A stretch of 64,000 bases of DNA from Octopus vulgaris (lineage: Eukaryota). Where the stretch lies: contig OX597825.1 of the NCBI GenBank assembly GCA_951406725.2, forward strand, positions 8,432,001-8,496,000, in the 5' to 3' direction. The notes below the pieces were generated by a model that ran no database searches, was not told the origin of the DNA, and worked only from the letters and a program-made list of their open reading frames with translations. Both the position numbers and the translations under genes were made by a program. Position 1 is the stretch's first letter. Each line of letters starts with the position of its first letter. This document shows positions 41,377 through 54,995 of the stretch, piece after piece.

Positions 41377-42184
41377 TCATGTACATATACTTATGTGCGG
41401 TCATTTTCTGCTTGTAATTTTTCCAAGTATGACCTACATTTTACTCGTGCGTGCACGTCAGTATATCTAAAAGTGCAATGTGTGAAACAAAGGTAACACT
41501 ATACTGGCCGACGAAATACTGAAATAATTTCTAAATGTCCACACGTGTGTTAATTTTTCGGTCATTTTTTTTTCCTTTTTCGAAATTTCATACTATCTGA
41601 CATTCTAGGTCATCTCTCAAATATTAGACAACTGTCAATCATATTAATATTTCGTGTTATAACATTTCGCTTCATAATATTTGGCACTTAGACTCCAATC
41701 AGTGTTAAGCCTGTGAAGGGAAGTGTCGTATAATAAAGCAAATCCCGAGTGTTATAAGAGCACGTTCTTCAGGCAGAATAATGTATATTGATGGTCCTAT
41801 TATGGTGTGCTAAATACATTTAAGTACTATATGTTGCTTATTACAATACTCTGAAGACTGGTATAGCAATTTTTTCTCATTTTCATTTATCACTAACATA
41901 TGAAATATTCCTTCTTGTTCTGACAGATTTCATTCCTTCATTTGTTACAAACACAGACACTCACGCACACACACATACACATAAACACAGTCACATACAC
42001 GTATATTCATAGATGTGCCTGTGTGTGTTTGTAAGCGTGTGCTTATGTGTGTTTGTACGTGTGTTTGTGCGTCTGTATATCCCTATACCTGTGTGCGTGT
42101 GTATGTATACATATTTTCATCTAACTCTTTCTCCCTCTCAATTTCTCTCTCCTCCTATTTATATATATTATATAAGTATATACA

Positions 42185-42215
<31 letters not shown>

Positions 42216-43761
42216 GTGTGTGTATATATATATATATGTATATATTTATATATATATATCTTCTTATGTGTATATACATATATACGTGAATATATGTTTG
42301 TGCATATGGACACACACATATATATACATATACATATATATATATATACAATATATTTGTGCGTGTGTCGGTCTATATATGCATTTATGTATATGTATGT
42401 ATGTATGAATGTATGTATGTATGAATGCATGTATGTATGTATGTATGTATCTATGTATGTATGTATGTATGTATGTATATACCTGTCGATGTATAAGTAT
42501 CTACATATGCACATTTACGTGTAATTTCTAGATGTATACCGAATCACATATCTCCACATGTATATTTATAGAATAAATGTGTGCGCTTGCGTAAGTGCGT
42601 ATTTTTATATGTCTGTATTTGGGTATATGTTAGTACATATGTATATATATATATGTGTGTGTATGTACGCATATATGTGTATATGTGTGTTTGTGTGAAT
42701 GTATGTATGTAAAACATGTGTGCGTGTACTTTCTATGTATCTGTTGTCGTCACATCAGTTATTTGCATAGAAAATCTTTTTTCTGTATTCACATATAACT
42801 TCAATGAAAACAAAAATAATATTTGCCGTAAATAAGCGTCAATCGATACACCTATTAAATAGCAAAATGTAATGTTTTTACACTTCATATCCTTTTTATC
42901 AGGAAATGAATTCCATACATATGTATATTACTTGTACAGGCTTTCATATATTCATACGTGTACATAGATGTTGTTTCTATATGTATATGTGATTGTACAA
43001 AATGTGTGAATATATGTCTCTGTTTTGTTGTTGTTGCTGTTGTAGTTGTTCTCGTATATTTTCACTGAATAATACTGTAGAATACATTATTTTATCTTTT
43101 TTCCCCAAAATACGACACAAACACTCGCACACGTATCCACACTTCATTACACATGCACAAAATCACACAGTATTATATGCAGATATATTGTGAATATGTA
43201 TGTGTGTATTGCGTGTGTTGGCTGCATATATATGTGTGTTTATATCTATTTGTATATGTGCAAATTTACGAAAATAAAAAAAAAAATTCTTGTTTTTAGA
43301 AATTTTTTTTTTCACGACTTTCAGAAAATATTTCTTGAAATTTTTCTTATCATTGAAGCATAAATTCTAATGACACGGATGACAGAATAAACAAGCAGAA
43401 CACTGCGGTTTAGAGTAACATCTCCAAATACAACTTCGCGTAGAAAAAGCTTAATTTCCCACAGTTTTATTATTTGCTTTTCAATTCAATAATAACATAT
43501 ATGAAGATCATTTTATAGAATGTTTCTAAATACAGACAAACAAAAATATATGCAAAAAATGGAAAGGAGTTGTGAGAGAAGTCTGGAATATATAAGATAA
43601 CACAATGCTATGAACAACATTATAATTATATGATTTTATACAAATATCATTAAGTAAATATTGAATCTGTTTCACTTCTCTTTATATGGCTATCTTTCTA
43701 AGCATTACCTATATATGTACGTGACGAATGCATTTATGCTCCTCGCTACTGTCGTAATACA

Positions 43762-44617
43762 CAGGGTGCGGTGAATAAATTGTCGTCTAAATTACGCAAA
43801 AATGAAAATAACACTGACATCTCATTTTTACAGATATATCAACCAAAATTACATAAAAGTATCTTGAAATACTACATGTTAGATTTATGCCATAGGATCG
43901 CCATTGGGTTCAGCTACGTCCTCCAGACGACTTCGGAATCACCCGCAACTCATTTGGACGCTTTCCTGGTTTAAGTTGAGGAATGGTGCCATAATCTTTG
44001 CCTTCAGGTCATCTTTGGTGTTACAAGGAGTTTTTTAATCTCTCGCTCCACTACGCCCCACACATAATAATCAAAAGGATTGCGGTCTGGGGAGTTAGGT
44101 GTCCTGATGTTAGTGGTGATGTTCTCGCAGAAATTGTCTGACAATTATGACTGGGTTTTCGCACTCGTGTGGCATGGTGCAGGGTCCTATTGCTAGATAT
44201 AGCGTCTTCCCGTAGTCGCCCTCTAGACCCTGGGCAGCGCTAACTCCTCCATGCACTTTATATAGAGTTGAGTGTGAGACCGTGTGGGAAGATGAATGGA
44301 GGTATAACGTTTCCAACACTAATGATCACTCTGTTTCATTTTTATCACTCTCGGTACATGTCCTTAGATTGCACTTTCCTCAGATTGACTCTCAAACATT
44401 CTGAGATGTTCGTATTGGAGCTTCCGGTACGAATGAGAAGCAGTACAGTATGCTTCGTTTCCAAATTACTGGCAGACTGAATTGTGTCATGGTGCTGTTT
44501 TTCTCACAGACGGTGCCCAACTGATCCTACTGTACTGTGTAGTCAACAAAATCAAAAGGAAACTGCGCATGTGCGAAACTGAAAATAAAATGGCGACAAT
44601 TTACTCATCGCAGCCTG
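43762..44617 (-). mobile_element. Tc1/mariner element (maT/DD37D-like), internally deleted
   Basis: 26-bp TIRs CAGGGTGCGGTGAATAAATTGTCGTC / reverse complement CAGGCTGCGATGAGTAAATTGTCGCC (22/26). Minus translation PNSPDRNPFDYYVWGVVEREIKKTPCNTKDDLKAKI. Confidence 0.85.
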
Positions 44618-47164
44618 TGCGTGTGTGTATATATAATTTTATATTATATTACATTATATTGTGTCATATTGTATTATATTACATAAACATGCCTATATGT
44701 GTATGTGTGTACATAACCTCATCAGACCCGATCGAAGATTTCTACATAACTCACTAAATGTGAACAAATCTCAAGTCGCTGCTTAAGAAACCATCATCTT
44801 CTTGTAGGTACCTAAATAGCAATTAGCAGCGTGTATGACTACGAAAATGGGAGTACGCCTCGTCTCAGCAACAGCATAGTGTGAAAGGATCTAGGTAAAG
44901 AAACAAGAAATCGTAACGCCATTCATTTTACAAATAAGGAGAAACAATTAAAAGATTTGAACAGCAAAAATACATCGCAAACAAACGTACAATGATATGT
45001 AAATATCCCAAATAAGTGCGTCCAAATCTCAAAAGAACTAAATCACCACTAACAGAGCACTTTCGGTTATATAGAAATGGTGATTAATACCAATTCTCTG
45101 CTAATTCTTAGGTGTACTATCAACCACAAAATAAAATGGAAGCAGGAAATACACTCGCGGACAAATATATTATTCATGAAAATGAATAATATAAGTCGAA
45201 ATGACTGAGGCACAAACTTCCCTCCGAAGATGATAAGCCACAACCCAACCGTTTTCATGGATATAGATCGAACAGTAGCAATTGAGTATCTATATCTTGT
45301 TTTGGTTATGACAGTCGTGACAGCACAACGACTTCAATTTCTGAGTCAAATCAAAGATAACATTTACGTAAGGTTATCACATATGACAGATCAAGAGTTT
45401 ACACCTCTAATTCAGTTTATTCAGCATAACGCCAGCTGAACTTCAAAGCCGTCTTACTAATTAAAGGCAGTAATAAAATATTTTATGTATGAGTGATCTT
45501 GTCAACTGCAATCAGACAATGTACTTTGTACTGACGGAAATATAGATAACTGCTAAATTATTAGATGCCATAATGCTATAACACGCATTCCAGTATAGAG
45601 AAGTCATGGCGGAGATGCTGCACACCTCCATGATTATGTCACACATATAGTTCTGGTGTTGCTCTCAGAATTGATCTCTGGTCAAATGTATAACACATAA
45701 TGAAAATTCATGTGGCTACATGCAAAAATTATCTCCAACCTAATGCATCACATCGTGACTGTAAATTTGTGGATGCCTTTAGAAGAATAAAGAAGTATTA
45801 AGGAAACTAGACCAACACACCTGCGCCCTACTCTGGTGACATTATTTTATGCAAAGTAAAGTAGTCGTGAGTGAAATATTCTAAGGAATTTCCGTAAAGA
45901 ACAAGGAAAATCGATGATAAATGTCCTTAAACTTTGGTCATAAAGCAAATAAATTGCATAGCATAGTAGACATGATAAGATATGGTCCAAGACTATTTAA
46001 AATATGCTAGTTAATCCCCCTATTGTAAGCACATGGCCGACGTTTTTCACTTTTTTCTTCAGAGATCACAAAAAGGAAATTGACTGAAAAAGGAATCCTG
46101 AAACAGATCTAGCCTGAAGCTTTTGGAAAAGAAATGTTTTGAAAGAAAGAGAACGGATGTGAAGTGAAAGCATTTAAGCATCTCTTTTATGTGATGGAAA
46201 CAATGACATTTAGAGGTTTATACCAGCATTGCAGAAAGTTTGAGGCTTTTATGCGATACAATATTAACTAGATCACTCCAGCCATGTTTTATCATGTCCT
46301 TGTGGGCCATATACAAAAGTTGGCTCTCTCAAACGTCGCCTGTGTCTCCTTCAAGATGACATTTGGTTGCGGAGGTCTGACATTAGTTGAAAGCAGCCAC
46401 CGTCTCAGGCTGGTTCCAGTTAAATCCCTACATCCAACTTCTGCTAGGAAGTGTACTGCAAAGCAACCAGTATTGAAACGAATTTAAAAAGAACATTATA
46501 AACAAATACATAAAATATGAAGACAAAATAAGGACAAATAAATATAAATGAATTAATATATAAGGAAAAGATATGAAATTGTTATTACGAAAAAAATTAT
46601 AAAATGCGATTTTAAAGTCAACGGTATCATAGGAATAAAAGTGAATCACAATTCTTAATGCTTCCATTTTATATAGGCAAAAGGATAAAGAAACGCTAAA
46701 TCAAGGTGAGAATGTCGAAATGCAAGTTATAGCTGTGTAAAACAGTTACAGCCTATTGAATAAATGGTAAAAAATAAACGTTCCAAAGAACGATGTTTAC
46801 AGAATGTAACAGCGTTACGCTCGTTATTTAGGAGATCTTTATTCTCTCATAATATTTTCAGAGATTCTCTGCTACCGGATTGCATTTAGTGCAGCGACCT
46901 TGGTGAGGTGTTCCAGTTCGCATAACAGACCAGGTAATATTGTAGCAAATGTTATTAGCCTTCCGATTATGGATATTTTAGTTTGGAAATTGGTAACAGA
47001 AACGTGAGGATTTGCACGTGATGTTAGAAGATTATTTGAAAACAAAAGCTACGTAACATCTCATAAAATCTGTGTTCCTTTTACCCAGTAATAATACACA
47101 TACACACATATATACATGCATACATACATACATACATACATACATACATACATACATACATACA

Positions 47165-47197
<33 letters not shown>

Positions 47198-47574
47198 GTG
47201 TGTGTGCTTGTGTATTACAGGGCAAAAAGAAGTTACGTAATTAAATTCATTATAGTTATTTCTGCTATAAGATTCGAATCACTGGTAATTGGGTGCTTCT
47301 TCATCGCCTTATTGCTTCGGCGGATGCTCTACCAAAATAAAAGTGGACTTCCTTTTTCTTCTACTCCGAAATATGGGATACAAAAGCACTCAACTATCAG
47401 CGGTGAATTGTATCTCATAACGGAAACAGCTGTAAGGTACTGAAATTCATTGCATATTTTCTTGCTCCCTTGTCAGTCGTATAAATATTTTATTGCTCTC
47501 TGCACCCGACTAACCTTGAATACTGAGTTCCAACACAGGTTATTAGTATCGCTAAGTCTAATCGAAATATAAGT

Positions 47575-47760
47575 ATAGTGATACCTCGCAGTACGAATTT
47601 AATACGTTCTATGAATATAAGAATAGTGATATCTCGTAAGAATTTACTTCGTTCTATAACCGAGGTCCTCTTACGATGTACACGTTTTACAAATCAATAT
47701 TTCCCATTGAAATTAACTAAAATATAAATTAGCTCTTCCAGCCCACCCCGCAAAATCCCC
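47575..47760. mobile_element. Possible Tigger/pogo-like terminal fragment with tandemly duplicated end
   Basis: TAGTGATACCTCGCAGTACGAATTTAATACGTTCTAT is repeated as TAGTGATATCTCGTAAGAATTTACTTCGTTCTAT and resembles Tigger-type termini. No partner TIR was found. Confidence 0.35.
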
Positions 47761-47927
47761 GTAAAATAGTGAACATTGGAGAAATATTTTCTTTGAAGAG
47801 AGAAAAAATAGAAGATGGTGATAGAAGATACATTCATACGCATACATACACACACATGCGTTTATTTACATGTATCTATGTACATAGCTATATTTTTGGA
47901 CACTCCAATCACTGAAAATTAGATATA

Positions 47928-48181
47928 TATATATTTACGAAGTCGAGACAGATATCTGCAGCTAGCAGGCTTCTGCTACTCTAGACCTAATGATGGGCAA
48001 AGACCCTGAAACATGCGTGTCTCTAGATGCAGGCCTAGCTGTTGGGGGTATTTGTCTCCCCTTCGTAAATATATAAGGACACAGGAAATGTGTCGAAGCC
48101 GACAGGAAGCGTCGATGCCTCCTAGGGCTAAACAGCGGTGGTGTAAACCCCTACTGTCACGTTAAATTGACAGTATACAAC

Positions 48182-48190
<9 letters not shown>
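47928..48190 (+). ncRNA. Highly structured element: hammerhead-like motif capping a long rod, plus four downstream hairpins
   Basis: TCTAGA-C-CTAATGA-T-GGG CAAAGA CCC-T-GAAACA TGCG TGTC-TCTAGA. Flanks pair 47928-47942/48061-48075 (15 bp), 47945-47957/48046-48058 and 47958-47965/48035-48042. Confidence 0.7.
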
Positions 48191-48223
<33 letters not shown>

Positions 48224-48371
48224 GGGATGGGAAAGATGGGACAGTTGGGTTGGGTTAAAACCTGAATTATAGTAATTATTATTATAGTGCCCCATCTTGA
48301 AAATGTATATTTGGCGCGGTGGCGGGCCCTCGGTATTTTCTCATCATGCTAGTTTACCAGATTCTTGTTAC

Positions 48372-48570
48372 TCAGCAGAAAACTCGATGCACCCTCAAAG
48401 CAAAGCTAACATTTGCCTGATGGCGAATTACATGGATGTTCCATCTTTTCGCTATTGACCATTCCCTTTTGTATTTAATTTTAAACTCTTTCAGTCTCCA
48501 TATTAGGTTTACCAGTGAAGTTGCGTGTCGTCTATTTATCTTTCGAGATAAACAACGAGATATCGTTGCG
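48372..48570 (-). pseudogene. PLE GIY-YIG endonuclease C-terminal fragment
   Basis: RHATSLVNLIWRLKEFKIKYKREWSI resembles the PLE motif HxTxLSxxIWxLKxxxIxYxIxWSI. Confidence 0.65.
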
Positions 48571-48599
48571 ATAACGGAATTTGAATTGCTTTTCTGTTG

Positions 48600-49165
48600 A
48601 CAATGAGAAGACAAATCAAAACATCACAGGATTTATGGCCAATAACAAATCTAAAGAAAAGATTGACCACAAATGCTTAGATTACATGCCCGACGGTGAC
48701 AATAAGATTAAAATGTATCCTCAAAAAAGACCCCAACAAAAGAGATTGCAACAACTAGAACACTTCAGACTCTAACAATCAAAAGTAACTCCACGAAAAC
48801 CGAAACAAGATGTCACCAGATAAACACAAGAATAATTATAGTATAACTGCATGTATCGCAGAAAATCCTCCCATGAACCAATGAAACAAATTTAAAAAGA
48901 ACACGATAAAAAAAGACGTAAAACCAATGTGTCCATCGTCATTCTGAAAGATAAAAAGACGACACGAATGTCTACTGACAGACCTGATATGGACACGGAG
49001 AGAGTAAAAAATTATATACAAAATAGCATGGTCAATAACAAAAAAATGCACACCCATGTAATTGGCTACCCGGCAACTGGGATCTGCTAATGAGAACCTG
49101 GTTGACAAGCAGACTCAGAAAATTCCGTGGTGCTACCACCGCACCAAACATGCATTTTAAGATGG
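48600..49165 (+). pseudogene. Second, more decayed PLE GIY-YIG fragment, opposite orientation
   Basis: RHECLLTDLIWTRRE*KIIYKIAWSITKKCTP...ENLVDKQTQKIPWCYHRTKH parallels the PLE C-terminus (IWxLK..WSI..NLLNKRxE..CRH). Confidence 0.55.
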
Positions 49166-49456
49166 GACAATGTGAAAAATTTATAATAATTGTAATTCAG
49201 GTTTTAAACCAGCACAACTCTCACCTTTTTCCTGTCCCATATTTATATGTATATATATTGGAGTGCCCCAAAATATATCTATTTACATCCGTATATGTAA
49301 ATAAACGTATGTGTGTGAATGTGTATGAATGTATTTGTTGATCGGTGTGCGTATATACGTATACATATGTGTGTGCATGTATAGATGTGTGTGTGTGTGT
49401 GTGCGTGTGTGTGTATGTATGCATGTATGTATGTATATATACATGTACACACACAA

Positions 49457-49578
<122 letters not shown>

Positions 49579-50716
49579 ATAATATAATATATTTAGCGGT
49601 GGAGCATCAGCATGGTCACAGCTCTGAACTGAAATTACAAAAAAATTCATTTATAGATAATTGTGTGCGGGGATTTGTGTGTGTATGTGTGTATGTGGGT
49701 ATGTGTGTGTGAGAGAGAGAGAGAAAGAGAGTGTGTATGTGTGAGTGAGTGTGAGTGAGTGAGTGTGTGTGTGTGTTTGTAGGTATTCACTCAATACGTA
49801 ATTCCCTACAGAACATCTCTCCCAATAAATAATGTACGTATTTCTACGCATTATTTCTTTCTCAAGCGTTTCGTATGCAATATTCTTAGCATACTTTTTT
49901 CATAACACACACACACACACATACACACACACACACACTCACACACATACACACACACATACACACACACACATACAACAACCAAACACAAAGAAAAATT
50001 CTGAAAATAAAATGAAGCTACGTTGCTGCTTCCGAATACGTAAGAATGAACATTCTGAGAACAGTCTCCACCTCCTTCTCCTAGCATTGTATTTACGTAC
50101 CATCGTCGGTGTCACATATGGCGTATGCTTTCCCCACCCCCACCCTTCCAATTATAAAGAAGGAAAATAATTTTCTCATATCTACTGACATGCGCAAAAC
50201 TTGCACTTACACTCTAAAATCAAAGTCTACTGATGCTCACCTTGCGGCAATTTATTCTGTACCACAAGAACGCATCAAAATTCCATGAACTAACACTCAA
50301 ACAATCTGATCTGCGTTAATTTAAATGCATCCTCTTAGGACTTTCAACACAAGGTTCATGGCAAGATCATTACCTGTCGAAATGCCTACAAGAGATCTAT
50401 CATAATTTTGTATACGTTTAGAACTTCAGTTAGGTTAAAGATTAACTTGCTCATGATTCATCGTATGTTATATGCAGTTGTATATGTCACATGTGCTGTG
50501 TCTCAAGTGTAACCAGGAAGAAGGAAAACTTGAATTAGTATCACTTTGCCGACAGCCTACCAATGAATCTGCAATGCTCGTCAGTATTCAATTATTTTTT
50601 TGCCACAATTTTCAAAATAAATTAATTCATGGTTCTCCTATGCTCAAGTGCAACACATTTTTAAGTTTGACACAGCATTTGTCTTTGTTTTGAGGCTGAA
50701 GCTCATTAAAAACACT

Positions 50717-50785
<69 letters not shown>

Positions 50786-50797
50786 CACGCACACATG

Positions 50798-50829
<32 letters not shown>

Positions 50830-50836
<7 letters not shown>

Positions 50837-51040
50837 GAACTAATGTATCGTGTACGGAGATTTTTTCCTCTGTCTTCCCTTTCTGGATCTTTCCTTCTCC
50901 TATATTTCCGACGAAGAGCTCCGCTCGAAACGTTTAACCCTCCTTCTTTCCTTCTTTCCTGAGCGTTCAATAATACTATATTTATTGCACGTCCTCGCGT
51001 TGTTGTGTTTTTTTTGTGCTTTCATCTTTGGATTAACTAT
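50830..51040 (+). mobile_element. Short non-coding element with a minimal hammerhead-like motif at 50905-50937
   Basis: TTT-CCGACGA-A-GAGC TCC GCTC-GAAACGTT-TAAC, followed by CCTGAGCGTT..TAATAC as in 32781-32799. Flanked by TA/TG tracts. Confidence 0.65.
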
Positions 51041-51051
51041 GTGCGTCTGTA

Positions 51052-51083
<32 letters not shown>

Positions 51084-51327
51084 CATATATATGTATATAT
51101 ATGTATATATATCCTGATAGATGGCGACACTGAACGAAGTGCTGTTTTCAAACCATTTTAGCATAAGAGAGACAGTGTGTGTGTGTGCGTTTGTGTGTGT
51201 GTATGTGTGTGTAACACGTAAAGCGTAGATTCTGACACGATAGATATCAATGCCCTGCATATTTAAACGGTCACTCACACACGTTTACACATGCATGTAT
51301 ATGTATGTGTGTGCGTGTGTATGTATG

Positions 51328-51362
<35 letters not shown>

Positions 51363-51825
51363 TCATATGTATATGCATATATATGCGTTTGTTTGTATGT
51401 GTGTGCATATATGTATATCTCCACATTCTTTCAATGCATCTGATTCACAGAGTGTTTTTTTAGCGACGGAATTAATTATCGGTTTTTTAATGAATCAACT
51501 GAGATTTTGTTCAATAGATATGAAGTTAATACTAGTGCTTCTTGCGTTCGAGTCGCTGCGGTTAAACGTTTTTCAATTTAGATATCAACGAACGCATTAT
51601 ATTTTGTTGTGCTTCCTCACTAATAACGTATTGACGTGAGCCATATTCTACTGGATTGGAAGCAATATAGTGTCTTAAAGTACAGTGTTTATACATATAA
51701 AATAAATTCCATGATGTCTCTGCTCCAGTTTGATACGTAAGTGTAAAAAATATCATGCTTTAAATTAAAAAGAGAAATTATATGAGAGGAATTTACAAAT
51801 TTATTTTCTGGTGTGTTTAAAACCT

Positions 51826-52070
51826 TCATCATCATCATTGTTCGACCGTGGTCGAGACTATGATATTTACTGTGCCACGCCAGACCTCACGGTCCATCAT
51901 AGCATTACGGAGGTCCTGTTGCTGGATGCCTGAATCCCTAGAGATTACATCAGGGTTGGAGAGTGTGCGTCCTCTGATATCTCTAGCAGATGGCTTCCAG
52001 AGGAGAAGAGTAGAAATTACCTCGTCTTCAGCTCTACAACAATGTCCAGCAAACTGGACTCTTCTACCTT
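51826..52070 (-). mobile_element. 3' end of an RTE-group LINE
   Basis: Minus translation RRVQFAGHCCRAEDEVISTLLLWKP...RGRTL...DLRNAMMDREVWR...EQ*, followed by a (TGA)n tail. Confidence 0.8.
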
Positions 52071-53153
52071 AGTGTGTATCTAGAATATAAAACCTGTCGC
52101 GTAAAACTAAGTGACATCATTGTAGTGGTCATCAGGTAAAAGGAGATAAATTCACTCAGTGGTTTGTGAACAGAAAGAGAGGAAGGAACATACATTTATG
52201 TGGTTTTGTTTGGAAGCTGGATATGTAAATATATAAATAAGAACTCCATAGCTTTCGGATCGCTATAGAACTAAAAATACTGACATTCAAGGTGCATTGG
52301 AATATCCTACTCGTTTGATAAGTGTTAAAGAACGAAATAAATGTAGGCTATGTTAAACTATGGAGATAGAAAATATTTTTAAAAATACATCAAGTTTGAA
52401 AAGCAGCAATACTTTCGTCTCCTTTATGTCAGGAACAAATGTCAATGAATACATGAAGTAGAAACCATAGCTTGTTTCTCTGTATATTCCGAAGAGAATA
52501 AAAATGGCTCGAAATCTAGTTTGCCCATTTTGTGGATACCTGACAAAAAGTTTAGCATTTCTTTACTGAAAGGTTCATTGAATAAGTCTTCCCTTATTTT
52601 ACTACCAGGAAATAATTTAATGCTCAAGGCATTTCTGTTATCGGAAAATGTTTCTGATTATTTTCCTTATCTTAAATGAATCCAAACATGCATAAATGTT
52701 CAAAATGGTTTTCATTGCAAAAAAAAAAAAACACACTTCAGTAACACACCATTTGTATTATGTTGATGTTTGCGAATTTGAAGGTAGTTGATTACAGCGT
52801 TTGATGATGAATATAATTTGATCAAAGGTTTCTGATAAAATTAATCCCTTGCGCAACCAATAAGCGATTATCGGTAACTGATAAAATTGTTGAACAATGC
52901 TCAAATTGCGTCGAATTTCTATGGGGAAAATTAGAGGTTCACAAGACGGCAAAGCTTTTAAAAATTGATATCAATTTTTGAAAGAAAAGAAAAAAATATA
53001 ACCGAACTGCAACTACAAAATCAATGTTTTTATTGTTCCCTATTTATTGCTCATTCCATAACGGAAGTGTGTCTATATTTTATGAAATTGTATATAATTT
53101 TGATTAAAAAAAAGTGTTTTTCAAGAGTAGTATGTGTATATATGTACGCATAA

Positions 53154-53192
<39 letters not shown>

Positions 53193-53297
53193 TAAAAAAG
53201 AAGAGTAAATTCTAGCGTAATTTAAATACAATATTAGTCAATTATTAATTTGAAATTGTTTGGAACATTAAATTTCGAAATCAATTTTTATATAGAA

Positions 53298-53610
53298 CTA
53301 GCAGTATCGGCCGGCGTTGCTCGGGTTTGTAAGGGAAATAACTATAAATCGTTGACTCATCGTAGACATTTTTAGAGAGTTACTTCCCTTATATAATAGC
53401 GAAAAAATGCATTAAAATGGAAAAAAATGATGGTAATTTTTTTTTAAATAGTAGACTCATCGTAGACGCGCGCTAATACCCAGAAGGGCTCGATATGAAT
53501 CACGACTATAAGATACCCGGTTTTGGTTAAACTGCACCGCAAAATGTGGGAGTAGTTAGGAATCTAAATCGTAGGAGACAGACACACAACTTCACTTTTA
53601 TATATAAAGA
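53298..53610 (-). mobile_element. Non-autonomous Helitron
   Basis: Minus strand starts TCTTTATATATAAAAG and ends with the hairpin CCGAGCAACGCCGG then CTAG, between A and T. The 3' end is shared with 37737-38120. Confidence 0.8.
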
Positions 53611-54827
53611 TAAACTTTACACATTGTAGATGAGAGACGTTAAATTTTGTTGCAGCCTTGATTGTGGTATGTAAAGACAACCTCGTTAATGCTCAGATCC
53701 CTCTCAATGCTGACGTTTGATTTATATGCCACAGCTTCTTACATACCACACGAACATATCACACAGTGTTCACTGATAATATATGTTAAATTATCCAGAG
53801 ATGTTCACAAAGGAAACGAACCACGACGTAGGCAATAACAGCAGTTCGTACATAGAAATTCTGTTTACTGACGTTGGAATGCGATAAACGATAAACAGCA
53901 TATGAACATCTGTGTGAAGACTCTCCGCTAAAAAGCTGTCTCTTATGCCAGTTAATATATCAAAGAATGTAATTTGCTGGGTTTTGCTTGGTGATGCTGC
54001 ACGAGAAATCTCTATGTGCAAGATGTTCGGCTGTTGTTTTACGTACGTAACACGTCATAAAGCGCTAAACTGTATTTGACTAGATGTAAGGTAGCAGCAT
54101 AACTGTTCATCAAAGCGGGCCACCAGTTAAGTCATCTTGGAAACTATCGCCTAAAAGTTTTCGAAGCCAGGTGTCATGCTTTTTAAAAAGGATAGTGTAG
54201 TTCGTTGCTGGGAAGCTCACCACAAATCACCTACGAAGTGGAGTTTATCGGAGTGAACATTATGAAGAACAATATCTAATTTATAAGAAAAAAAAACACT
54301 ATGCCAGCAATAAGAAGAAAAATTAAATATTTGGAGTACATAGTCACAAAGCCAACATGTACAGGCAACGTAATGCAAATAGTATACCTCAACCGCAAGG
54401 ATCATAAAGTATTTTCAAATGATGAAATCGGTGTAGGCATAATATTCACGTGTCCTTAGCCTGCATTGGATGCAATTTAGTTTGTATGAAAGCCGACTCT
54501 AGCCACTCTTTTGCTACTGCTCGTTACTGGGCAGATGAAGTCATTTTGGAGGCTCACAAAAGTGATGCGACAATTCAGAATCACATTTTGATTGGCAGAG
54601 GTGACTATTCCGTTGCTTGTCGTATCCTCTCGTTGATTGAATGTCAGCATTTAGTAGGCGAAATGATTGCGACATTAATAATAAGCAAATACGCGAGATA
54701 CTGCGACAAAACGAATATTTTCCATAGGTTTATTAAATATTTCATATATTACATATGCACAAAATATATTCATATAATGCATATTTCTCTAGAGATGTAA
54801 TACATAAAGATTTACAGAATGGAAGAT

Positions 54828-54995
54828 ACAGCCACTCCAGTAGTTGAATGGTAAGAAGCTTGCTTCCCAACCACATGCATTCGGGTTCAGTCCCACTGCG
54901 TGGCAACTTGATCAACTATCTCCTGCTCTAGCATTGGTGCGGACTAAAGCCTTGTGAGTGAATTTTGTATACGGAAACTTACAGAAACCCGTTGT
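54828..54995 (+). mobile_element. SINE family A, diverged 5' half
   Basis: GGTAAGAAGCTTGCTTCCCAACCACATG..GGGTTCAGTCCCACTGCGTGGC. Confidence 0.7.

Noticed and set aside
45500-46480. Possible decayed LINE
   Set aside because: No diagnostic motif could be read with confidence.
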